Part shown: positions 26,631-40,110 of the stretch, piece by piece | Position numbering within the stretch: the stretch's first letter is position 1 | Layout of the letters: each line of letters starts with the position of its first letter | Source: Octopus sinensis | Lineage: Eukaryota | Reading direction: 5' to 3' | Length of the DNA: 64,000 nt | NCBI RefSeq assembly: GCF_006345805.1 | Contig: NC_043022.1 | Coordinates: 8,618,001 to 8,682,000 of the forward strand | The notes under the pieces: model-generated | The model's input: only the letters and a program-made list of their open reading frames with translations | Database searches by the model: none | What the model was told of the DNA's origin: nothing | Made by a program: the position numbers and the translations under genes

Positions 26631-29600
26631 AATCTAATATGATTGACATAAACATTTTCCCTTTCCTCATACGCATGAAGAGAAATATACTTACACACAT
26701 AGAAAGAAAGAGACAGAGAGAGAGAGGGAAGGAGTGGGGAATGAAAGACAAATCAACTCCAGCACTTATGTTTTAAATCTGGAACTTATAATATTAGTCT
26801 ATTTTACCAAATTGCTACATTACAGGCATGCAAGCAAATTGACACCAGTTATCAAGTAGTCGAAAGGAACGAACTCAAAGACACACACACATATACAGGG
26901 GGCTCCCACATGGTTTCTGAGTGTCAAATTCACTCATAAGGCATTGGACTATGATACAAGACACTTGTCCAAGGTGCTGCACTGTGGGACTGAACCTGAA
27001 ATCACATGGTTGCAAAACAAGCTTCTTAACCATACAGCCATACCTGAATAAAAGATATTTTCTTCAGTAATAAATATTTGGTGTGATGTTTTAATATGTT
27101 TGGTCACTCCTCTCCTATTATTCTTTCTCCAGTCTCTACATTTTTGTAGCTTACAGCTTAATAATTCAATTCTTTAAATTAATTTGTTTTTTTTTCTCTT
27201 ACAAATTATTTTTATACTGTTTATTGCTCTCATCATTCTTGCAAAGCTGTTCTCAACCTTGCCCTCCCCCAACTTATTTCTTCATTGTTTTCAACATTGT
27301 TGCTAACAATTTTCCATTTCCTTTTCAACCCCCACATTGTTTGTGCATGCACTAATTCAACTGTCCTTGTTTCACATTACTCTCAACATTCTTGCTCTGG
27401 GTGTTACAGTAGCTTTAATTATACAATATCTCCTTCCACATCATAGAGATCCTGCCATTTGGCATCACTCCTTCATCCATTCCATTTTCTTATTTTCATT
27501 CTTGCATTCAAAATAGTTAAGCCACTAATGTTGTCATCAGAGAATCGATATTTTTATGACTTTACTGTTTAACTATTTGGTGTGGATTTCTTGTCCAATC
27601 TCCACCTCTGTTAGTTTTAATTCCAAATTAGTGTTATAAGCCTTTTTTTTCTTTTAACAAAGAGTACGTATGTCAAGAAATCCAGGCATGCTCTCACAGT
27701 GGACTGCAAGTTGAAAACATCATCTATATGAACAGATCAAAGTATACACCTGAAAACAAAGGGAAATACAAACTCACTTGCACTCAAACACAAGGACGTG
27801 CACATGCACAAAGACACACACACTGGAAGTTCATCTCTTGAGTTTTGGCTCAATGTTCATGCCATCTTCAGGTGTTCCACCCAAGTATCACAGTGGCAAA
27901 AAACTCGAGTTAAGAAACCAACTCTCAATAAAGAACAATATTTTCTTCAACATGTATTGAGTACTCCTTTCTCATTTGTTTGTCTCATCATCATCGTCAT
28001 CATTTAACGTCTGCCTTTCATACAAGAATGGGAGGGAACAGTTTCACAAGAGCCGGCCAGGCAGAAGAGCCTGCACCAGACTTCTGTGACTGTTTTGGCA
28101 GGATTTTAACAGCTGGATGCCCTTCCTAATACCAACCACTCAGCAGAGTGGACTTGGTGCTTTTTACATGGCACAAGCACAGGTGAGGTCAGTAGTGCTA
28201 TTTATGTGGCACAAGCACAGGCGAGGTCAGTTTTGGGAAGGTTTTTACAGCTGGATGCCCTTCCAAACACCAACCTCTTCACAGTGTGGACTGGGTGCTT
28301 TTAAGTGGCACCTGCACTGACAGGGTCACCAAGTACTTGCAAGACAAAAAAAACTAACTTTCAGAGGTGGGGAGGAGGGGATCTTGTGTTGGATAATGAA
28401 AGGTTATTGTGAGACAGATACAGGTGTTTTGCTGTAGAGAGAGAGAGGGGGGGAGAGAGGGAGAGAGATCAGGAATGAAGACGGAAATGGGTGCACTACT
28501 GCAAAGGAAATACATAGTTACCCAACCTGTGGGAAGTGCAGGAGAAAGAGAGTGCAAGACAGCAGCATAGAGATGATGGCAAAATGCCAGCATACTCACA
28601 AGGAACAGGGATCAGAATATAAATAGGATGATTGAGTAAAGGAAGGGAGAGATATAGATGGTGGCAAGTGCCAGGGCATACCCTTGAAGTTCCAATGCCA
28701 TAATGTAAGTGGCAGGATATTACGGAGGAAGAGTGAAAAACCTGGGTATATATAGAGTCCGTGGGGTGGGGGTCTACCAGAGAGCAATGATACAGAGGAA
28801 CAGGGGTGTGAGCACAGGATTGGAGAGTGTATGAAGGAGGAAATGTGAGAAAGAGATGGGGAGATGTAGATTGATTTGTTGGGGTAGGTTGAGGGAAAAG
28901 TGTCATTGTTATGTGTGGGTGGAACACAGAGGTCAGAGGCTTGGAGATAGCCATAGTACAGTGAGGAGTCAGGGTGTGTGGGTAGAACACACTGATCAGA
29001 GTCAAGCGGAGAGCAATGACACTGTGGCACAGAGCCAAGAGGACAGGATTGGAGAGTGGGAGGTAAACATAGGGCATGTATATATACATAAGTATATATA
29101 TATAAACTACACACAACATAAAGCAATATACATATTATGTGTATGTGTGTGTGTGTTTGTTTGTGTGTGTGTGTGTACACTATAGGCTTCTTCAGTTTAC
29201 ATCTACAAGTTTCATTTACAAGCATAAGCTATTGGTTGAACTGTGGCTATAGTATAGAACACCAGTCAACAGCATTTAGTGTGACTGAACCCCTAACCAC
29301 ACAGTTCCAAAGTAAATTTCTTAACCATGCTACTGTACATCCTCCATCTGCTGCCTACTTTTGGTTCAGACATTTATGATATTCATTTGACCCGTAGCTT
29401 ATTGTCCTATATCACTCATGTATATAATCGTATGACATGTGCAAGGAGGATATTAAATATGTACTTCTCTTTTATTTATTTCATGTCAGAAAAATCAAAA
29501 AAGCAGAACAAGACTAAATTTTTATCACAAATTTTAGTCTCATATGTCTGCATCTTATCTACATGAGTTTTGACTGCTATACCATACCATTAAAAACTGT

Positions 29601-30646
29601 CAGAACCCTCCCCTCTCTTGTTAAAGTGATGTAAAACATAAAAAAAAATACTTCCAAACACGCCAACATGGCTGCCACAACATTAATCGCCCTACTAGGT
29701 TTAAAATGTGAAGTGAATTGCAAACCATGACAAATAAATGTTGAGACAGTGCAATTACCTTACACTAACTTAGTTTGCTCTATCTTCTCCTGCAACCACC
29801 TCCACCTGAATTCCTCTATAAATACAAAAAGGAAAAATCTTGGACAACAAACAGACTATATAGTATTAAGTATGTTAGGCACAACTTCACTGCTTGTAAT
29901 TCATGCAGAAGGTATCCCTGGATATTTTACACACATTTTACACTCCACCTTATCACTACCTTGTCTCATTTGTTTATACAAGTTTTCATGTCCATTGATG
30001 TTTACAAGTTAATAATTTTTAATTTTGAAAATGTAACAACACCTAATCTTTATTTTTAGTTCAATTTATTTAACTTAAGTTTGTAGCCATAACATAATAC
30101 TTGTGCTGCCTTAACATGACATTGTGTATGAGAGACAAGGCTGGGATGCCTTTGTATTCATGTCCATCTGTCAGAGCAACGAAGACAATTTAGTCATCAT
30201 TAAGAATGACTGTTATCTTGAATGATGACTTTGTTTCAAGTGAAAAAACAGTTGTGCATCATCAACCTCATTCTCTCATCTGCGACTGTCTTCAATCCAG
30301 TAGCAAGACCAGACCAAGACAACTGGGAATAGAAGCAGATGCAGTGGATGACCAGGATGTCTTCTTGCCTCATGTTGCTCTCTGCACTTCACATTGTGTA
30401 ACTGCAACCACCTGTTGTACCATGAAAGTTTCTTTCACAGCGTCCACCATAGCCACTCTTCACATGTATAGGTAGGCAAGACTTTATATGACAGGTTCTA
30501 CTAATCTAGAACATATTTGTATTATTAGTACAATGTATCTCATAATCATCCACACAGTTTCCATCTGCCCAGCTTCACTCATAAGATGGAGTCAGCCCTT
30601 GGCTATGGTAGAAATCACTTGCCTAATGTGTGTGAATTTGAATTAA

Positions 30647-31308
30647 CCCCTTCAGCATTCAGGTTATTGTCAAATGTATGCTTATTTACTCTCTTTACTC
30701 TTTTACTCTTTTATTTGTTTCAGTCATTTGACTGTGGCCATGCTGGAGCACTGCCTTTAATCGAGCAACTTGACCCCGGGACTTATTTTTTTGTAAGCCC
30801 AGTACTTATTCGATCGGTCTCTTTTGCTGAACCGCTAAGTAATGGGGACATAAACACACCAGCATCGGTTGTCAAGCAATGCTAGGGGGGACAAACACAG
30901 ACACACAAACACACACACGCATATATACATACATATATACGACAGGCTTCTTTCAATTTCCGTCTACCAAATCCACTCACAAGGCTTTGGTCGGCCCGGG
31001 GCTATAGTAGAAGACACTTGCCCAAGGTGCCATGCAGTGTGACTGAACCCGGAACCATGTGGTTGGTAAACAAGCTACTTACCACACAGCCACTCCTGCA
31101 CCTTTATTCAAGTTAATCGTGCATTATCTCATAGCTTTGAGATTTTAATGATGTGACTGCTTATTTTTGGAATCACATTGTCAAGTAAGTGTGAGAGGAT
31201 GGATCTTACCTGTTTGAACATAAAACAGAATATTTGGGGCTGATGGGCCTGGTCCTAACATAAAACAGAATATCTAGGACTGATATAGCTGGTTTAAATG
31301 CAAAAGAG
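30647..31308. mobile_element. piggyBac-type MITE, copy 2, interrupted by a young SINE (~30690-31101)
   Basis: Flanks align with 23126-23346. TTAA on the left and TTAC on the right. Internal ~40-bp duplication (AACATAAAACAGAATAT twice). Confidence 0.7.
30690..31101 (-). mobile_element. SINE family A, young copy nested in a piggyBac MITE
   Basis: Highly similar to 10286-10702 and flanked by the two MITE halves. Confidence 0.9.
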
Positions 31309-33914
31309 TTACATCTTAAACTCAACACGTCATGTTTGCTTAGCAAACATCTTTACCATCTGATCAGGCTTTCTTATAACAAACAGCCATTTAACAACAA
31401 TGACATGTTCATATGGTATGTAGCACTGTGTATGTTACACGTGTGGCCTTAATGATTACTTAAAAGGAAAAACAGTAAAAAAAAAATGGTTCTTGAAAGT
31501 TGTGAACTAGGAAAGAATAATTGCATCCTGCTGCTCTGGTTTCTGTGCAACAAGTGACCTCAATAGCCATTCATGCAACACTGGACAATCTACTGGATAA
31601 GATAAATTATGTATTCCATGATACGTTATTGAAGACCACCTGTTCAATGATCAAATTATCATTAACTTGGCAACAGACTTTATTTTTTTTTTTGAAATAT
31701 CCAATCATTACTTCATACATAAACATAGAGTTATATGTTATTTCCAATGGAGACATGAGATCACAAATTTGAGGAAAAGGGAAGCAAGATATTTGCGTTG
31801 ATCCCCATTATGTAACTAGTACTTTATTTTGTCAACCCTGGGAAGATAAAAGGCCAAGTTTATCTTGGTGAGATTTGAATTCAGAATGCAAAGAACCAAA
31901 AGAAATACTTCTAAGTATTTCGTACATCTCTTTGCATTCTCAGTTCAAATCTTAGTTGTACTTCATTTTCCTTACCATTTTAGACATCGAAGATAGTTTC
32001 ATAAACTCTCCTCTCCACAGATATGACCACTTTCATATTTTTTTTGTGTTTTATCTTTTACTTGTTTTTTCAGTCATTAAACTGTGGCCATGCTGGGACG
32101 CTGAAGAATTTTTAGTCAAGTGAATCAGTCCTAGTACTTATTTTTTAAAGCTTGGTATTTATTCTATTTATAGCTTTTGCCAAACTGTTAGGTTCTAGTG
32201 ATGTAAATATACCAACAGCAGTCATCAAGCTGTGGTGGGAGACAAACACAGACACAAAGACACACACACTTTCGTATATACATACATAGATACACACACA
32301 AACACACACACCTACATATGACTGACTTCTTTCAGTTTCTGTCTACCAAGTTCACTCATAAGTCTTTGGTCAATCCAAAGCTATAGTAGAATACACTTGC
32401 CAAGGGTGCCATGCTGTGGGACTGAACCTGCACCTTTATGTGAATGGATTGAAATTAGATTTTTATCTCTTTTTGAATTACCAAAAAATTTTAATGCTAC
32501 CCTAAAAAGTTTAACATAGGCACAAAGCTACAAATTATTTTCATAATAATTCTTTCTTGAGAGGAGGGGAAAAATTGTTTAAATTGACCCAGTATTTAAC
32601 TGGGGTTTAATTTTATTGATCCTAAAAGGATGAAAGGCAAAGTTGCCTTCAATGAGATTTGAGCTCAGAACAAAAAGAGCCACAAGAAAAGACACTAAGT
32701 GTTTGTCTAACTTGCTAGTGGTTTTGCCAGCTCACCTAATTCTACCATTATAATAAGGATTTATAGCATAAGTACAAGGCCAGAAATTTGTGGTTGGGGT
32801 GTTACTTGACTGGTACTTATTTGAATATCATTAACTTAGGAAGAGAGTTTTTAAATAAACATTACTCTCTTCATACATGACTATTTATTAATAAATAATT
32901 TCCTTAGCAGACTCAAGGCCACAGACTTAGAGAGCAGTTGTCCTCATCAACATCATTATTTTAATGTTTAATTTTCCATGCTTGCATGGGTCACATGGAT
33001 TTCATTGAAGTAGATTTTCTGTGGATGGGCTTTGTTCTTGTCACTAATACATGTTTCTAAGCAAGGTAGTCTCTCTCCGTGGCCAGATAGGTTTTTCTCA
33101 AAATATTGGAAGTGAACGATACTGCTTGTATGACAGTGACAATCATTTTACATCCGATCAAGCAATGTCAAAACTAGGAGACACAAGCATACATACACTT
33201 GTGCATGCATGCATGCATGCATCCATCCATCCATACATACATACATTGAACTATTGAAAAATATGCACTTACTCTATTCAGTTTACAAAGTCAGGTTTAT
33301 ACCTGTAATTATTGGGGCCTGTTACACAGTGCCTAAATACCAATCTTGAAAAATTAGGCTTCTCAAAACCAGAAAGGAGAAAGCTGATTTGAAAACTACA
33401 GATCCAATCCTTCACTGGAATTGTAAAAATCCGTAAAACTTTCTAGAAGTTTATCATTTAAGTATACATGATCATGTCTAGATATGCAACTATATGCATG
33501 AGAAGACATGCATAAAACAAAACATACAAATCTACACATATACAAAAATATATGCATGCAGAAATACCCTGTTGTTGATGTTGAAATTTCAATGAAGGAA
33601 GCCTTGGATCTAGGTTAGAAATCGGCTCTTTCTGTATTGGCAAGAAATCTTAAAAAAACTGAATAATGAATTATATACACACAAAATAAGACACCTCCAG
33701 ATAAAGTTGACCAGATTAAGATTGATGGGTCAAAAGAATGTTGGTGGAACTTAAAAATTGAAACAGCCACCATGTTAAAATACAACTGGCCAGATATTAA
33801 AATCTATTCTAAATTGAAAAGAGAAAGAGAATGTACATACATAGCAGATGAGCTTCTTTAAGTTTCCGTCTACCCTATCCACTCACAAGGTTTTGGTTAT
33901 CCCAAGTCTATAAT

Positions 33915-34150
33915 TTATTTCTTTACTGCCCACATGGGGCTAAACACAGAGGGGACAAACAAGGACAGACAAACGGATTAAGTCGATTACATCGACCCCA
34001 GTGCATAACTGGTACTTAATTTATCGACCCCGAAAGGATGAAAGGCAAAGTTGACCTCGGCGGAATTTGAGCCCAGAACGTAACGGCAAATGAAATACGG
34101 CTATGCATTTCGTCTGGCGTGCTAATGTTTCTGCCAGCTGGCCGCCCTCA
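33915..34150 (-). mobile_element. Young family-B SINE nested in a family-A SINE head
   Basis: CpG-rich copy with the 11-bp TSD AAGTCTATAAT at 33904-33914 and 34151-34161. Confidence 0.88.
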
Positions 34151-34819
34151 AAGTCTATAATAGCTAACACTTACCCAAGGTGCTGTACAGTGGGACTAAG
34201 TCTAAAGTCATGTGGTTAGAAAGCAAACTTCAGTGAGTTTATGCCTTGTTTAGTTCATGCAGGTAGACTCACTCTGATGGTGAGATAGTTGAGGTACTGA
34301 ATGGGATTGTGACTCTAATTTAAATAATAAAGAATTATATGCATGCACATATATATATATATTCACACACATACACATATACAAAAACACAGTGCTCACA
34401 CACACACACACACACACATTAAGCACATGATTGGCAGCTGAAAATTGTTTTAAATTATTGACAAGATCTATTGCATTTAACAAACAAATTGTAATGTTAA
34501 TAACTGACAAATTATATAAGAAATGACAGAATGGAGATATTTACGCATTTTTATTTGTTTATGTACATCAAGACATTTCTACTTAATACAATGTTAGAAC
34601 TGAAGAGTAACAATAATTAAACAAAGAACAGAAGAAAGATAAAGGAACTGTTAAATCCATGGTTAAGCGGGAATCACTCCAGTTATAAAATACAATGCTG
34701 CTCACAGTCATTTGACAAATGAATAAAAGATCATCTGTATGGCCACTTGCTTGGCTCGAAATTGCAGACAAGGCACCCTCAAATCAAATTCTACTATCTT
34801 AAAAAAATTTAAGAGCATA

Positions 34820-35400
34820 GGTGAGACCGTGTGGTAAGAAGTTTGCTTCCCAACCACATGGTTTTGGTTTCAGGCCCACTGCATGACACTTGGGCAGCTT
34901 TTAGATGAATGAATCGACCCCAGTACTTTTTTCTTAAGCCTGGTACTTATTATATCAGTCTCTTTTGCCAAACATAAACACACCAACTCTGGTTGTCAAG
35001 CAGTGGTGGTGGACAAACACATGCAAAGAAACCCAAACACACACACACATATATATATGGGCTTCTTTCAATTTCTATTTACCAGATCTACTCACAAGGC
35101 TTTGGTCAGCCCAAGGCTATAGTAGAAGACATACCTGCAACTATGTACCATACCAAGCTTGTGGATAACTATGAAGCCATATTTCTGTTTCAGCATATCT
35201 ATTTCTTAGTTTATTTATCATTTCCCAACCTTCACCTGTTTCCAAGTAAGGTAATAAGTGTGTTTATGTTTGGCAAAAGAGACTGATATAATAAGTACCA
35301 GGCTTAAGAAAAAAGTACTGGGGTCGATTCATTCAACTAAAAGCTCTTCAAGGAAGTGCCACAGCATGGCCACAGTCTAACAAGTAAAACAAGTAAAATA
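34820..35400 (+). mobile_element. SINE family A with internal inversion and 86-bp inverted duplication
   Basis: Head on plus (34820-34895), body on minus (34896-35131), filler, then duplicated body and tail on plus (35260-35400). Confidence 0.75.
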
Positions 35401-35847
35401 CACAAGTATACATGCACACCACACACAAACACATTCACTCACAATCAACCAAATGCACAAGCACATGCATATATTTTTGTCTAATTCCACAAGATTCTTG
35501 GTATTTGTTATAGTAAACCTTGAAGGGACTTAAAATCAAAACTGGAAACTAGTAGTAACTAGCCAATAGCTTATCAAATTCTACAATATGCAGCAGAATT
35601 CTATGATAAGGTCACAGATCAGTATCAAATTGGATTAGATCTGGTGAAGTCTTTCTTTTCACCAATGAGAACTTTCTTCTAAAATGACTAGTGAGTTATC
35701 ATAAGACATATGTGTATGTATCTGCCTGCTTGTCTGTATATAAACATTTGTTTTGACAAGCTAGTTTCAATGGTGAAACTTTGAATTGTTAACCCAATAT
35801 TAATATAAAATATTATATATATATATATAATATATATATATATATAT

Positions 35848-35915
<68 letters not shown>

Positions 35916-36063
35916 CAGCTCAAGGTACTGGCAACTCAGGCAGTCACCTAGGCTGTCATGTGCTAGAGGGTGCTAAGGAGGGTGTGACAAAGACAAGGAA
36001 AAAAGTTTGGCTTGCCCAGGGCCCCAGCAAACCTTAGTGTCAACCCTGTATATGTATGTATGT

Positions 36064-36106
<43 letters not shown>

Positions 36107-36559
36107 TATCGTTTCAGTCATTTGACTGCAGCCATGCTGGAGCACATATATATCCACACCTTTGTATACTACACACATATACACTACCGTCAGAAATTAA
36201 TTAGCACCCTTGATTTACTCTTCACTCAAGGTATTTGCTGTCACCTAGTGGCCATATCTCGAACTATTGCTTTGTTGCGAGTTCACTGTTGCGCAGAACG
36301 ATGACGTAACTTTGTTTGCAGAGCAGTTTGAGAGTCTACAGCCTAATGATGTTGACATAGCAGTGCAACAACAACTTGGAGTGCAGATGCAGACAAATCT
36401 TCCTTTGTTTAATAGATATAGGTAGCGCCTCGCAAAGACCGAAATCACACCGTACTAAGTTTTCTCATCGCGTAAGACGTTTTGAACAGCTCGTAGGTTA
36501 ATTGATTTGTGTATTTGCAAGATTTTTTTTCCTCACAAATTCTCCTACACTCTGCTTGG

Positions 36560-36574
36560 TGACGTCACTTCCGG
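36560..36574 (-). promoter_or_regulatory. Overlapping ETS-CRE motif CCGGAAGTGACGTCA inside the Tc1 5' region
   Basis: Exact 15-mer (plus strand TGACGTCACTTCCGG) 160 bp upstream of the transposase ATG. Function is untested. Confidence 0.45.
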
Positions 36575-36733
36575 TTCACAAAACTTTCAGTTATACATCA
36601 AATAAGGTGAGAAATTCTGCTTTCTTTCTTTTTTGTTTAATGAATAATAACTCATAGCAGTTTTGTTATAGCATAACATTATTCAAATGAACAGTTTTAA
36701 TGAAAATAACTGGTTTTTATCGTACATTCCTAG

Positions 36734-37700
36734 ATGGGCCCAAGACCTCGCATGACCTTGGAGAGACGGTACGAGGCTCTCTCGTGGCGTGGGAAGCTGT
36801 CGGAGGCTGCAATAGCCAGAAAACTTGGTGTAGCCAGGCGCACAATTCAGTGCTTATTTAAGAAATACGAGGAAACCGGATCAGCAGCTGACAAAAAGGG
36901 TAGGGGACAGAAGAGGCTGACGACCCAGCAGGAGGACCGGATGCTGACCGAAAGTCACTGTACAACCGAAGGACAACGAGCCAGTAACTGGCGGAGGAGA
37001 TGCAAAAGATGACAGGGAAGCAGTTGTCTACAACCACCGTCAATACCAGATTACTGGAAGCTGGTCTAAAATCCTGTAGGGCCGCCCGTAAGCCGCTCTT
37101 TACAGCCCAAAACTGGAAGAGGCGGCTGCTCTGAGCCCGTGCCCACAAGACATGGACCATGCAGCAGTGGCGGACAGTGATGTTCACTGACGAGTCGCGA
37201 TTCAGTCTCATCAGTGACAAGCCTGTCCATGTGCGACGCCGCAGGGGTGAGCGCTTCAACAAAGACTGCATTTGCTCCCACCATGAAGCATGGTGGGGGT
37301 GGTCTGATGGTGTGAGGGGCGTTCAGCTACAGTGGTGTTGGGCGGCTCTATGCCGTCGAAGGCAACATCAACGCAGCAAAGTACGTTGAGATAGTACGGG
37401 ATACCTCTTTGGTGGCGAGGAGTACGTGCTCCAGCAGGACAACGCGCCTTCCCACACAGCCAAGCTCACAACCAGTTTCTTCAAGGACCATGACCTGACC
37501 TGAACCCTATTGAGAACCTCTGGAGTTGATTGGGTAGGGATTTGAATGTGCAGCAATACAGGAACCGACACGAGCTGTTTGGGGCACTTCTTGCTGCATG
37601 GAGGGCCATCCCTGCACAGTACCTGCAGGCACTCATAGACAGCATGCCGACCCGCGTAGCAGCTGTCATTGCTGCCAAAGGAGGAGCAACAAGATATTGA
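36734..37700 (+). pseudogene. Tc1 transposase pseudogene
   Basis: MGPRPRMTLERRY start, HTH, GRGQKRLTT, WRTVMFTDESRF, HGGGGLMV, LQQDNAPSHTAK, DLNPIENLW. Ends GGATRY-stop. Contains premature stops, frameshifts and a deletion between two GACCTGA copies near 37495. Confidence 0.92.
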
Positions 37701-37886
37701 CTAAATTTCACGATTAATAACAATTATGTGGTGTGCTGGGATATGTTTTAATAAATTTTTGATTAAAAACGAGTTCGTTTCTGATAATAAGTTAATTAAA
37801 TTAAGAAAATGTAAGAAAATGTAGAAATTTGAGAATGCTAATTAATTTCTGACGCAAGTGTATATATATAGCGAGAACTATATATA

Positions 37887-37925
<39 letters not shown>

Positions 37926-38580
37926 TATACATGCACATGCACACACATCTGTGGATGTGTGTGTTGAGAGTGAACTATTATATAATACTTAATAAGCAAA
38001 AATTTGTTTAGATCTTTCTCATTCGACTTGGACAGAATTTTCTCACCATTTACCAGAAATAAATTTTGTCTGTTACAAATAATCACGATTGGCAGAGGAT
38101 GACATAAGATTCAGAATATGATCAATTTGTATAAAGGCTAAAGAATTGAGGGGCACAATCCACATGAATAAGTTTGCGTTATTTGATAAGAAGAAGCATT
38201 TAGAAGTTAGTCAGAAATTACTCATATAATGTGGTAAAAACAATATCAGTCAATGGGAAACATTATTTCAAATAATTTCACTAGACAAATCCACTGCCAT
38301 GTTTTTGTTCCCAACTTTGACCTTCCATAAATCCTAAATTTTATTTTAGAATTCATGGGAGCAACTGTCTTTGAAGACCTGTATTGTCGTTGAATGGTCG
38401 AAATGCATAGATAGAAAGCTGACAACTGATGAAGGGTCCCTTCTCAGTGTTTACTTGTCCTGTTTTCCATTTTTTTTCTCATTGTTTACGTATGTAATTC
38501 ATTTGTTTATGTATTTCATGTTATTTGCACCATTAGTGATTTCCTACATCCGTATATGCATGTGAGTGTATTTATATATA

Positions 38581-38614
<34 letters not shown>

Positions 38615-38647
38615 TTTTATGTGTGTGTGTGTATATATATATATATA

Positions 38648-38835
38648 TCATCATCATCATCATCATCATCATCATCGTTTAACGTCCGTTTTCCGCGCTA
38701 GCACGGGTTGGACGGTTTCGACCGGGGTCTGGGGAGCTAGGGACTGCCCCAGGCTCCAGTCTGGTCTGGCAGTGTTTCTACAGCTGGATGCCCTTCCTAA
38801 CGCCAACCACTCCGCGAGTGTAGTGGGTGCTTTTT
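38648..38835 (-). mobile_element. Family-C short retroelement with an RTE-like 3' end and (ATG)n tail, young copy
   Basis: Plus strand (CAT)n-CGTTTAACGTCCG..CTGGATGCCCTTCCTAACGCCAACC. Older copies at ~2168-2370, 7860-8160, 18780-18925, 21930-22075, 27985-28350 and 60417-60580. Confidence 0.8.
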
Positions 38836-39553
38836 ACATATATATAATGTATATGACAGGCTTTCTTCAGTTTCCATCACCCAAATCCATTCACAAAGCT
38901 TTGGTCAGACTAAGGCTATATTAAGGACTTGCCCACGATGCCGTGCAGTGGGACTGAACCTAGAATCATGTGGTTGGGAAACAAGCTTCTTATCACACAG
39001 CCATGCTTGCACCTATATGTATGTATGTATGTGTATATATGCGTATGCACATGTATATTTATATATATATGTGAATGTTTATATGTATGTGTACATATAT
39101 ATATATATATGTGTGTGTGTGTGTATAAAATATATATATATATGTGTGCATATATCATTTAATAAACACAGAATTTAAATTTGAGCCACTACAAGTTTCA
39201 TGCATATGATCGTATTTAGTTAAACAATCTTGTATGTTAATTCTGAAAGATTGTATGATAGTACTTAGCATGCTATACAAGATTGTCTGCCCATTATACT
39301 ATCAGACGCATGAAACTTATAGCAGCTCACATTTAAATCTTATGTATATTAAATGATATTTATCTCTTGTTGGATGGAATATTTTTTTTGTTGAACCCCA
39401 AAACAGAACAGTACACTATATATATATGTGGGGAGAGAGAGAGATAAGAGAAATTTATTTCTGACTTAGATAGGAATATATTTTCAGTGCATCTACTCGT
39501 ATACCTTATGTAGTATTTCATAGACCATCGTATACAATAACTAATGAAAACAG

Positions 39554-39590
39554 AGCAGTTACACAATGAGTGCTGCCAGTCTTGTGGCAG
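39554..39590 (+). other. Candidate small exon, possibly carrying a start codon
   Basis: ACTAAT then ACAG acceptor. Reads ACA-ATG-AGT-GCT-GCC-AGT-CTT-GTG-GCA-G (MSAASLVA), with a CAG|GTATTG donor. Confidence 0.25.
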
Positions 39591-40067
39591 GTATTGAATA
39601 TTTAATGGCTGGAGAATAACTGACTATTCAAGAAAACATTCATTTTTATTTTAACAATTATTTCCGTGTTTATTACTGAAACAAACATAACGGTGAAATA
39701 TTTACTAACCATCAAATTTATTTCATTAACAAGAAGTGCTAACATATATTTCTTGTAACAAAAAGTAAAAACATCATTTAGTTATATCATCGTTTTAATG
39801 TACACTTTTCTTTGCTTGCATGGGTCTGACAGGTTTTACTGACACAGATTTTCTATGGCCAGATGCCCTTCTTATCGTCAACCCTTGTTTTCAAGCAAGG
39901 TAAATATTTCCCCATGGCCAGGCATGTTTCAGCAGACTATTGGAAGTGAATAACATTCATTTACAGAAATCCCACATTATCAAGACACTTTCCATCCTCA
40001 TGTGTTCTCCTGTTCCACTTGATCCATTTTCTCTGTTGATTTGGCAAAAAGAAAAAAAATCCCAAAA

Positions 40068-40110
<43 letters not shown>

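Larger units (their letters stand above)
36182..37860 (+). mobile_element. GC-rich Tc1-family transposon, full length 1679 bp, defective (family 2)
   Basis: 25-bp TIRs CACTACCGTCAGAAATTAATTAGCA (36182-36206) and TGCTAATTAATTTCTGACGCAAGTG (37836-37860), 2 mismatches, with TA on both flanks. Confidence 0.94.

Noticed and set aside
28496-29225. Overlapping 207/209-aa ORFs on the minus strand
   Set aside because: Purine-rich low-complexity extension of a family-C repeat, with no recognisable domain or splice support.
29749-30059. ORFs with a Cys/hydrophobic stretch (HNFTACNSCRRYPWIF)
   Set aside because: No recognisable family and no convincing splice boundaries.
30121-30480. Possible RTE LINE 3' remnant on the minus strand
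   Set aside because: The resemblance is too weak to support by eye; it needs a profile search.
38426-38447. CTGATGAAGG second core-like motif
   Set aside because: It folds as a simple hairpin (CTGA-T-GAAGG/CCTTC-TCAG), with no GAAA-NUH half.
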